A DNA stretch of 32,000 nt, taken from the NCBI RefSeq assembly GCF_016127575.1, contig NZ_CP066019.1, positions 1,860,001-1,892,000 of the forward strand, read 5' to 3'. Position 1 is the stretch's first letter; each line of letters starts with the position of its first letter. The stretch comes from Cupriavidus necator (lineage in GTDB: Bacteria; Pseudomonadota; Gammaproteobacteria; Burkholderiales; Burkholderiaceae). The notes beneath the pieces are model-generated. The model did not search any database. It had not been told where the DNA came from and was given only the letters and a program-made list of their open reading frames with translations. Both the position numbers and the translations under genes were made by a program. Positions 1-6,951 of this stretch are shown here, piece after piece.

Positions 1-274
1 AGTGGTGGTAGAAGGTGGCGACTTCATAGACCTCGGTCATCGACAGCCGCAGTTCGCTGGCCAGCGCCACCAGGTGCGGCATCGCCAGCTGGCCGTAGCG
101 GTCGTTGATGCAGTGCAGGTGTTCGATCAGCAAGTCGCGCCGGCGGGGCATGTCGCCCAGCGCCACGCGCACTTCGGCCAGCGCGGCCGCGTCTACCTGC
201 CGGCCCTTGGGCTGGCGGCGCTTGCGCTGCCGGCCGAGCCCCGTCGCCTCGAGAGGAATGACAACCTGGTTCAT
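1..274 (-). CDS. NuoE/FdsG-like [2Fe-2S] subunit of a soluble NAD-linked formate dehydrogenase-type complex, N-terminal part (runs off left edge)
   Basis: Absent from the ORF track because there is no stop in the window. Minus-strand ATG at 274..272 opens MNQVVIPLEATGLGRQRKRRQPKGRQVDAAALAEVRVALGDMPRRRDLLIEHLHCINDRYGQLAMPHLVALASELRLSMTEVYEVATFYHH. This ends in the EVxxVATFYhhF-type signature of the NuoE/24-kDa family, with high third-position GC. Confidence 0.55.
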   Translation of the reverse strand, partial: MNQVVIPLEATGLGRQRKRRQPKGRQVDAAALAEVRVALGDMPRRRDLLIEHLHCINDRYGQLAMPHLVALASELRLSMTEVYEVATFYHH

Positions 275-454
275 GGCGTGCCTGGATTCTGTTTGTGGGT
301 ATCCGATGTGCGATCAGGAAGGCGCCCGGCGGGCCGCCTCCCTGTCGCTCTTTCTATTTTTCGTATTGTGCTACCGGGCGCGGCGCCTGTGCACGCATCG
401 CAGCCGCCACGTCCGGATCCTGCCGGCGCCGGAGGCGCCGTACTGCTTTCTTCA

Positions 455-1774
455 TCAGGTCAGGTCTTCCGGCACGGTACGGTAGCCCATCGGTGCCGAG
501 GCATTGGCATGCACATACTTGCGGGCATGGGCCTCGCGCATCGGCTTGAGCACGAACAGCGCCATCACCGCGGTCAATGCCGCCATGCCGGAGGCCACCA
601 TGAAGACCGCATGCCAGCTGCCGGTGGCAGTGGTGATCACGCTGGAGAACGGCACCAGCAGCGCGGCCGTGCCCTTGGCGGTGTACAGCAGGCCCGCGTT
701 GGTGGCGGCAAACTTCGGCCCGAAGGTGTCGCCGCAGGTGGCAGGGAACAGGCTGTAGATCTCACCCCAGGCAAAGAACACCACGCCTGTCAGCACCACG
801 AAGGCAACCGGATGGTGGCCGTACTTGGACAGCAGCAGGATGCCGATGGCCTCGACCCCGAAGGCAAAGAACATGGTGCGTTCACGGCCGATATGATCGG
901 AGATCCAGCCGAAGAACGGGCGCGTCAGGCCATTGAGCACGCGGTCGATGGTCAGTGCGAAGGTCAGCGCCGGCAAGGTCAGGCCGAGGATCGAGATCGG
1001 GGCGTCGTGCAGGCCGAAGTCCTTGGCGATCGGGCCGAGCTGGGCGGTGGCCATCAGGCCGCCGGCGGCCATCATCACGAACATCGCGTACATGACCCAG
1101 AAGATCGGCGACTTCAGCACCTCGCGCGGCGAAGCGTTGTAGGTTGCGGCAGCCTTCAGCGTGGACTTGACCTCGCTCAGGATCTTGGCCGACGGCGGGT
1201 ACAGGGCCATGCCCAGGATGAACACGATCAGGCCCTGGCCAAGACCGAACCACAGGAACGCAGCCTCATAGCCCGAAGTCTTGATCATGTTGGCAATGGG
1301 CACCACGGTCAGCGCCGAGCCCGCGCCGAAACCGGCTGCGGTAATCCCCGCTGCCAGGCCCCGGCGATTGGGAAACCATTTCAGCGCGTTGCCCACGCAG
1401 GTGCCATACACAGCGCCCGCGCCCAGGCCGCCGATCGCCGCCGCGAAGTAAAGCATGGGCAGCGAGGACGCCACCGAGTTCAGGGCCCAGGCAATGGCGC
1501 ACAGCAGGCCGCCGCCCACCACTACCGGACGCGGGCCGTACTTGTCGACCAGATAGCCTTCAATCGGGACCAGCCAGGTTTCCGTCACGACGAAGATGGT
1601 GAAGGCCACCTGGATCGCGGTGCGGCCCCAGTGGTACTTGTCGTCGATCGGGTTGACGAACAGCGTCCAGCCGTATTGCATGTTGGCGATCATCGCCATG
1701 CAGATCACGCCGAATACCAGTTGCACCCACGGCGACGCAAAGCGCGACGTGGACTCCCTCTGCTGCAATTCCAT
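455..1774 (-). CDS. oxlT: MFS oxalate:formate antiporter family transporter (OxlT-like), copy 1
   Basis: 439-aa ORF with SD AAGGAGA 5 nt before the ATG. Has multiple TM segments and OFA-family motifs (YGWTLF, VDKYGPR, KWFPNRRGLAAG, FGRERTM) that align with my recollection of Oxalobacter OxlT. Paralogous to 13020..14363. Confidence 0.88.
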   Translation of the reverse strand: MELQQRESTSRFASPWVQLVFGVICMAMIANMQYGWTLFVNPIDDKYHWGRTAIQVAFTIFVVTETWLVPIEGYLVDKYGPRPVVVGGGLLCAIAWALNSVASSLPMLYFAAAIGGLGAGAVYGTCVGNALKWFPNRRGLAAGITAAGFGAGSALTVVPIANMIKTSGYEAAFLWFGLGQGLIVFILGMALYPPSAKILSEVKSTLKAAATYNASPREVLKSPIFWVMYAMFVMMAAGGLMATAQLGPIAKDFGLHDAPISILGLTLPALTFALTIDRVLNGLTRPFFGWISDHIGRERTMFFAFGVEAIGILLLSKYGHHPVAFVVLTGVVFFAWGEIYSLFPATCGDTFGPKFAATNAGLLYTAKGTAALLVPFSSVITTATGSWHAVFMVASGMAALTAVMALFVLKPMREAHARKYVHANASAPMGYRTVPEDLT

Positions 1775-1879
1775 GATGTCTCCTTATAGCGGCGTGCCGC
1801 CAAGGTGGAAGATGGGCGCCTGTAGACGCCTCTGCGTGACTCTCAGTCAAAGAACAGCTGAGCCGTTCTAGTGCTATAC

Positions 1880-1895
1880 GGTATGTGATATATCA
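1880..1895 (-). promoter_or_regulatory. Box 1 of the 16-nt GGTATGTGATATATCA motif (16/16), about 105 nt upstream of the oxlT copy 1 ATG
   Basis: Read directly. ATACGGTATGTGATATATCAG (1876..1896) is identical in boxes 1, 3 and 4. Confidence 0.7.
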
Positions 1896-2453
1896 GGTAA
1901 GTCAAGCGTATTCGTCGCGGCTCTGCAGCATGGGACCGCGGTGAGTGACGCCTGGGTGGCCGTTGCTGCAGTGCGACTGGTGCGCACACTGCATCAATGG
2001 CCGGTCCGACAGCATCCGGAGTCGTTGGAAATCAAGCAGTTGCCATGCATCGGCACATTAATCGGCCGACTGATGGCATCCGCAAGAATGCCGGGGATCG
2101 CGCCCCGGAAAAATCGGGAAAACGATGAATTGGGGAAAGTCCCTAGATGCATACATTAATGTCTGATGACGCGCGTATGGCTTGGGAACGACGCCGGAAG
2201 CGGCGTTAAAGACACAGCAGGGAGCCTGCCGGCCTGGAACCGGGGCGCAGGAAGAGGGGTCGTGCCGGGCGATCGCTGGCAGCGATCGGGGAGGAAGATG
2301 GTGGCGGCCGCAGGTTCGTGCAGAACCCTGCCCTGGCTCGCGGCGAATGCCGCAGATCAGGTATCAACCGAGGTACTGCCACAAGGGGTGCCGGCCGCTA
2401 CAACCCTTGCTGGTTGCGCGGTTCAGCGCGATGGCGCATGGCGCCGGCGCGCA

Positions 2454-2672
2454 TTACGCGTAGGCCAGCTCACCGGCAGCGGGCACAATGCGCGACGGGC
2501 TGGCACGGCCCACGCCATCGCCTTCCTGGTTCGAGCCCAGGCCGGCGAAGCGACCGTGCTCCTGCGCGGTCACCAGCACGTCCATCGGCAGGCGCGTGGC
2601 CAGCAGCGTGGTCACGCCGGCACCGGCAGCAATCAGGCCCAGGCCAAGAGCGAAGAGAAGAGCGACTTCCAT
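2454..2672 (-). CDS. Small (72 aa) hypothetical membrane-anchored or secreted protein
   Basis: ORF MEVALLFALGLGLIAAGAGVTTLLATRLP... has a hydrophobic N-terminus and a GGAG SD 7 nt before the ATG. Third codon positions are mostly G/C. Box 2 lies about 70 nt upstream. I recognise no homologue. Confidence 0.5.
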   Translation of the reverse strand: MEVALLFALGLGLIAAGAGVTTLLATRLPMDVLVTAQEHGRFAGLGSNQEGDGVGRASPSRIVPAAGELAYA

Positions 2673-2742
2673 TTGAAAACTCCAATAGCGTTGTGATCAG
2701 GAGTTTTCATTATATGCTGCACCGCACTATGTGTAAATATCC

Positions 2743-2758
2743 TGTATGTGATATATCA
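2743..2758 (-). promoter_or_regulatory. Box 2 (TGTATGTGATATATCA, 15/16) upstream of the 72-aa ORF
   Basis: Read directly. Same orientation relative to the downstream minus-strand gene as boxes 1, 3 and 4. Confidence 0.6.
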
Positions 2759-2820
2759 ATAGAAGTTTTGCACTAATACAACGAATGCCCGCCCCATGCC
2801 CCCCTGATGAGCCGATTGCC

Positions 2821-3744
2821 TCACACCATGGTGGTTTTTCGATGCACCACCGGCGACTCCTGATATTCCTGGCCACGCAAGGCATCCCAGATTGCCGCGG
2901 CATTGGGCTTGAGCGAGCGGCTCTTGCGCCGAACCAGCATCACCGTGGAAGTCACCTGCGGACGCAGCGGCCGCATCACTGCCGCCGGATTCATGCCGCC
3001 CACCTGGGCACGCGACGGCACCACGCCGATGCCAAGGCCCAGCGCCACCATGCCGAACACTGCGGCAAAGTGGCCGAGCAACTGCAGCGAGCCCGCGCGC
3101 ACGTGATAGCTGCTGAGCGCCTTCTCCACCGCGGGCTGCATGCCGCACTGCTGGTCCAGGGCCAGCACGCGGGCATCGCTCAGGTCGCCCCACCCTACCG
3201 CGTCGCGCATCGCCAGCGGGTGCTGGGCGGGCAGGACGGCGTGGTAGGCATCGACGCACAGCGGTTCACAATAGAGGTCGTCGGTTGGCTTCGGATCGGT
3301 GGCAATGCCGAAGTCCACCTCGCCGCTGCGCACGCTTTGCAGCACCGACTCCTGCGAGCGGTCCTTCAGGTGGATGGCAATCGCCGGCCACGCTTGCCGG
3401 CAGCCGGCCAGCCACGTCGGCACCGACATCGAGCTGAGCACCGGATCCGAAGCGATCTGCACCAGGCCCTGGCACGGACGGCTGGCGCTCTGGCTGTCGC
3501 GCAGGGTCTGCTCGACCTCTTCGATCAGGTGGCAGATGCGCTGCGACAGGTGCTGGCCGGCATCGGTCAGTTCCACCTGGCGCGTGGTACGGTCGAACAG
3601 GCGCTGGTCGATCTCTTCTTCCAGTTCACGCACGCTGCGGCTGACCGCGGATTGCGTCAGGCCCAGTTCAACCGAGGCACGCGTAAAGCTCTTGTGCCGC
3701 GCCACTGCGGCGAAGGCCTTCAGTTGGGGGAGCGAGATATTCAC
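2821..3744 (-). CDS. LysR-family transcriptional regulator
   Basis: 307-aa ORF with GTG start. N-terminal wHTH (LPQLKAFAAVARHKSFTRASVELGLTQSAVSRSVRELE) followed by a LysR substrate-binding-type C-terminus. Confidence 0.85.
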   Translation of the reverse strand: MNISLPQLKAFAAVARHKSFTRASVELGLTQSAVSRSVRELEEEIDQRLFDRTTRQVELTDAGQHLSQRICHLIEEVEQTLRDSQSASRPCQGLVQIASDPVLSSMSVPTWLAGCRQAWPAIAIHLKDRSQESVLQSVRSGEVDFGIATDPKPTDDLYCEPLCVDAYHAVLPAQHPLAMRDAVGWGDLSDARVLALDQQCGMQPAVEKALSSYHVRAGSLQLLGHFAAVFGMVALGLGIGVVPSRAQVGGMNPAAVMRPLRPQVTSTVMLVRRKSRSLKPNAAAIWDALRGQEYQESPVVHRKTTMV

Positions 3745-3973
3745 GACCTGCCCCCCTGCCCCGCATCGGCGTGGCTGCGACGGGCCTCTTCAGGCATGGC
3801 GGGGTGCCGCGTTGCACGCACCGTTGCATTCAGTCCGGTCACGGTAGTCTCCTTGTGTATTTTTTGTCGTGGCTGTAGGCAGCCATCGTTGTTATCGGCC
3901 ATGCTTGTGGCCATTGGCGGGCTCCTGGCGCAAGCCGGAGAGCCGGATTCGGGGCGGGGCAGGCAAATCCGAC

Positions 3974-4053
3974 GATTGATGCTACTTGAATCTAAGATCA
4001 GCACTGCATAAAGTTTTTTATCGTTTATATAGCCAATCGTTTATATATTGCAC
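3974..4053. promoter_or_regulatory. 80-bp conserved block A (LysR-type operator candidate) immediately upstream of the CbbR-like regulator
   Basis: Hand ungapped alignment with 14477..14556 gives 59/80 identities. Perfect sub-blocks are GATTGATGCTAC, TAAAGTTTTTTATCGTTT and ATCGTTTATATAT. Contains ATCGTTTATATA twice, 16 bp apart (4020 and 4036). Confidence 0.55.
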
Positions 4054-4062
4054 GGGACGAGG

Positions 4063-5004
4063 ATGAGGAACGCCACACTGCGGCAGTTGAAGGTCTTTGA
4101 GACCGTTGCCCGCCATATGAGCTTTTCACGCGCTGCCGAGGAACTGCACCTGACGCAGCCCGCGGTATCGACCCAGGTGCGCCAGCTGGAGCACCACGTG
4201 GGGCTGCCCCTGTTCGAGCAGTTGGGCAAGAAGATCTACCTGACCCCGGCGGGCCACGAGATGCTGCATTACAGTCGCAGCATCATCCAGCAGTTCCGCG
4301 AGGCCGAAGACGCCATGTCCCAGCTCAAGGGCATCTCCGGCGGCCGGCTCAACGTGGCGGTGATCAGCGCCGGCGACTATTTCTTTCCGCGCCTGCTGGC
4401 CGAGTTCATGAACCGCCATGAAGGCGTGACGCTGAACCTTGCCGTGCATAACCGCGAGGAATTGCTGCACCAGCTGGCCGGCAACCTGACCGACCTGGCG
4501 GTGATGGTGCGTCCGCCCGAAGGCATGGACACCATCAACGAGGCCTTCGCCCCCCATCCCTATGTCATCGTGGCTGCGCCCACCCACCCGCTGGTCGGAC
4601 AGCGCAATATCCCGCTGGCCGAGCTGGCTGATGAAGCCTTCGTTTCACGCGAGAAAGGCTCGGATACCTGGAATTCAATGCAGGAGGGCTTTGCCGGGCG
4701 TCTGTCGAACATGCGCATCGCGATGGAGATCAAGAGCACCGAGACCATCAAGCAGGCCGTGATCGCCAATATGGGCATCGCCTTCCTGTCGGCGCACACG
4801 GTCGGCCTGGAATTGCAGGCCGGCAAGCTCGCGGTGCTGGACATCGAGGGCTTCCCGGTGATGCTCAACTGGTATGTGGTGCACCGCAAGAACAAGCGGC
4901 TGCCACCGGTGGCGCTGGCGTTCAAGCAGTTCCTGATGGAGGAAGGCGCGGGACTGATCGAGCGGATTACCGGGGTGGAAGGTTTGATCAGTCAGAATGC
5001 ATAA
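4063..5004 (+). CDS. LysR-family regulator, CbbR-like
   Basis: The ORF track starts at TTG 4048; I prefer ATG 4063 (MRNATLRQLKVFETVARHMSFSRAAEELHLTQPAVSTQVRQLE...). The HTH and the IKQAV..GMGI..LS.HT.GLEL segment closely resemble CbbR as I remember it. Confidence 0.85.
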   Translation: MRNATLRQLKVFETVARHMSFSRAAEELHLTQPAVSTQVRQLEHHVGLPLFEQLGKKIYLTPAGHEMLHYSRSIIQQFREAEDAMSQLKGISGGRLNVAVISAGDYFFPRLLAEFMNRHEGVTLNLAVHNREELLHQLAGNLTDLAVMVRPPEGMDTINEAFAPHPYVIVAAPTHPLVGQRNIPLAELADEAFVSREKGSDTWNSMQEGFAGRLSNMRIAMEIKSTETIKQAVIANMGIAFLSAHTVGLELQAGKLAVLDIEGFPVMLNWYVVHRKNKRLPPVALAFKQFLMEEGAGLIERITGVEGLISQNA

Positions 5005-5027
5005 ACAATTGATTATGGTTTCGCTAT

Positions 5028-5050
5028 GAAACTTTAATTATCGTAAATCA
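5028..5050 (+). promoter_or_regulatory. Third, weaker copy of the TTATCGT(A/T)(A/T)AT box, upstream of the CbbY-like mini-ORF
   Basis: GAAACTTTAATTATCGTAAATCA resembles AAAGTTTTTTATCGTTTAT from blocks A and B. Confidence 0.3.
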
Positions 5051-5108
5051 TCCGCGGTCCCTATGCTTGTCTCAACCCAACCGCTACAGCGCATCTGAGG
5101 AGACGAGC

Positions 5109-5414
5109 ATGAACCAGGTCCAGCAGGAAAGCAGCCAGGCTGCCATCACGGTCGGCACCGATAACCAACCCATTCCGCGCGACACCCAGCTCGCCGCCTA
5201 CAACGCCGCGTTTATCGAGCTGGGCCTGCGCTTCCGCTGGGACGCCGAGATGTATGAATGGCTGTGCGGCATCGAATGCGAGAAGGCGCGCGTGGCCCGC
5301 TATATCGAAGAACACCACGCGCACCTGCTGGCCGCCTATGACGCCGCCTTTCTGAGCGCGCTGATCTTCGAGAAGAAGAACGAATACCTGCGCGCGGTCG
5401 GTCATCTCAACTGA
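5109..5414 (+). CDS. Small (101 aa) CbbY/HAD-like remnant protein lacking the catalytic DxDG motif
   Basis: Strong SD GAGGAG 6 nt before ATG 5109 (the track ORF starts at 5067). LAAYNAAFIELGLRFRWDAEMYEWL...EKARVARYIE resembles the CbbY segment [30 protein letters not shown]. The region where DxDGT should be reads ITVGTDNQ. Followed by a terminator. Confidence 0.5.
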   Translation: MNQVQQESSQAAITVGTDNQPIPRDTQLAAYNAAFIELGLRFRWDAEMYEWLCGIECEKARVARYIEEHHAHLLAAYDAAFLSALIFEKKNEYLRAVGHLN

Positions 5415-5431
5415 AGGGCCGCTCGGTTCAC

Positions 5432-5461
5432 GGCGAGGCGCGCGAGCGGCCTCGCCTTTTT
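5432..5461 (+). terminator. Rho-independent terminator
   Basis: GGCGAGGC (5432..5439) pairs with GCCTCGCC (5449..5456), followed by TTTTT. Confidence 0.6.
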
Positions 5462-5479
5462 GCCTGGCCCGCATGTCCC

Positions 5480-5797
5480 TCAGGCGAGGTCGGCCTCCGC
5501 TGCCTTACCTGCGGGGCGGGGCAGCCGTTTGATGCGCTTGCGCGGCCTTTGCGCCGCGACCCAGAGGTCGTATGCCATCTGCATGCCGCCCCACATCTCG
5601 CGGCTCGCGCCCAGGGCTCCTTCCAGGCGAATGGCAATATCCGGCGTGATCGATGCATGACCATTCAGGATGCGCGAGAGCGTTGCGCGCGTCACGCTGA
5701 TGTGCGCGGCGAACGCCGTAATGGTCATATCGTCCATGCCAGCGAGCCAATCGGCCAGCACCGCGCCGGGGTGCGGCGGGTTGTGCATGCGCGTCAT
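5480..5797 (-). CDS. higA: HigA-family antitoxin (Xre-type HTH)
   Basis: Internal ATG at 5797 of the 195-aa track ORF gives MTRMHNPPHPGAVLADWLAGMDDMTITAFAAHISVTRATLSRILNGHASITPDIAIRLEGALG, a typical HigA/VapI N-terminus. It starts 11 nt after the reconstructed higB stop. Confidence 0.8.
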   Translation of the reverse strand: MTRMHNPPHPGAVLADWLAGMDDMTITAFAAHISVTRATLSRILNGHASITPDIAIRLEGALGASREMWGGMQMAYDLWVAAQRPRKRIKRLPRPAGKAAEADLA

Positions 5798-5808
5798 GAT
5801 GAAGTCCT

Positions 5809-6086
5809 TCAGTGGTAGTCCTGGTAATCGACGACGATGACGTCGATGCCGTCGAACATGAATGTCAGCCGCCAGTTGCCATTGACGCTGACAGACCAGG
5901 GCCGGACATGTCGCCGCCCAGTTGATGCAGCTTCCAACCTGGCACCCCCATGTCCCGGGGTCTCGTGGCGTGATCCAGCGCACCGAGCTGATTGCGCAAT
6001 CTCTGCGCGTGATGCGGCTGGATTCCCGCCTTGGAGCCAGTCTCGAAGAAACGTTTGAGGCCCGCATGGGCGAAACTCTTGATCAT
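5809..6086 (-). pseudogene. higB: HigB-family toxin gene with a 1-nt frameshift
   Basis: MIKSFAHAGLKRFFETGSKAGIQPHHAQRLRNQLGALD...WKLHQLGGDMSGP then leaves frame. The adjacent frame reads WSVSVNGNWRLTFMFDGIDVIVVDYQDYH* with its stop at 5809..5811. The span is 278 nt (not a multiple of 3). The shift maps to the G/C run CCAGGGCC at 5897..5904. Confidence 0.65.
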
Positions 6087-6339
6087 CGATTTCCAGGTAG
6101 CAAAGAATGTATAAGCGTTAGAAGCTTGCTTGCGTTGCCGGGGACGGACTCTATCACCTGAAGCGCACTGGGAAACCAGTCGGCGGCTGCTTTTGAGCCA
6201 TTACTCATTCCGCGCCTGGGGGAGCTGGCGATGTGCCGGCCGGCATGGATCCATTGCCATGCCGGCCCGGGCGCAGTCGTCGTAAGATTCGGCATCAACA
6301 CTCACGCGCCCGCCACTTGCCCGGCTTGCCACCCGTTTC

Positions 6340-6945
6340 ATGCCGACTCGACGCACCGACGAAGAATTTGCCCACGAACTGACCCGGCTGCTGAGCACCG
6401 AAGGCGTGTCGTCGCTGACCATCGGCGAGATTGCCCGACGCATGCGCTGCTCACGGCGGCGCCTGTACGAGATCGCGCCGACCAAGGAAGCGCTATTCGT
6501 CGGCATCTGCCGCGACGTGCTCGCTGACAACCTGGAAAGGGGCTTTGCCGCGGCGCGCCGCGAAAGCGATGCGGCGCGGGCAGTGTCCGCCTACCTGCAT
6601 GCCGCGCTCAACACATCGGGACTGAGCAAGGCCGCGCTGGCGGACCTGGATGCGATCGACAGCGGCCGGGCGGCATTCGACGACTACCAGCTGGCGCGCG
6701 TGCGCGGGCTTGAGAGCCTGCTCGAGGCAGGCATGCGGCAAGGGCTGATGGCGCCGCACAATCCGCGGCTGGTTTCCGAAGCGATCCTGGGCGCCGCGCA
6801 CCGGCTGCGCAACCAGCAGTTCCTGAAGGAAACCGGCCTGAAGATCGGCGATGCCTTCAGCGAGTTCTACGAGATCATCCTGAACGGCCTGCTGTGCCGC
6901 GCGGACACCGGCGCGCGCTCGTCCCAGCCGCACGCCGGAAGGTAA
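6340..6945 (+). CDS. TetR-family transcriptional regulator
   Basis: 201-aa ORF with an N-terminal HTH (LTIGEIARRMRCSRRRLYEIAPTKEALF) and an all-helical C-terminus. Confidence 0.75.
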   Translation: MPTRRTDEEFAHELTRLLSTEGVSSLTIGEIARRMRCSRRRLYEIAPTKEALFVGICRDVLADNLERGFAAARRESDAARAVSAYLHAALNTSGLSKAALADLDAIDSGRAAFDDYQLARVRGLESLLEAGMRQGLMAPHNPRLVSEAILGAAHRLRNQQFLKETGLKIGDAFSEFYEIILNGLLCRADTGARSSQPHAGR

Positions 6946-6951
6946 CCGCGC

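Noticed and set aside
2-1789. Very long plus-strand ORF (595 aa). Similar long antisense ORFs lie at 7081..8571, 9309..10682, 10713..12440, 12846..14219, 15050..16144, 16086..17741, 17596..18795, 18564..19967, 22296..23462 and 23482..24921.
   Set aside because: All lie antisense to well-supported genes. They are Arg/Ala/Gly/His-rich low-complexity translations typical of shadow frames in high-GC DNA, and they have no recognisable motifs or SD sequences.
1876-1896. Assigning sigma-70 -35/-10 hexamers within or around the 16-nt box
   Set aside because: Several spacings were tried, for example TTGACT at site 1 and TATGTC/TATAGC downstream of the box. None gives a consistent 16-18 bp spacing across sites, so no promoter is called without 5'-end data.
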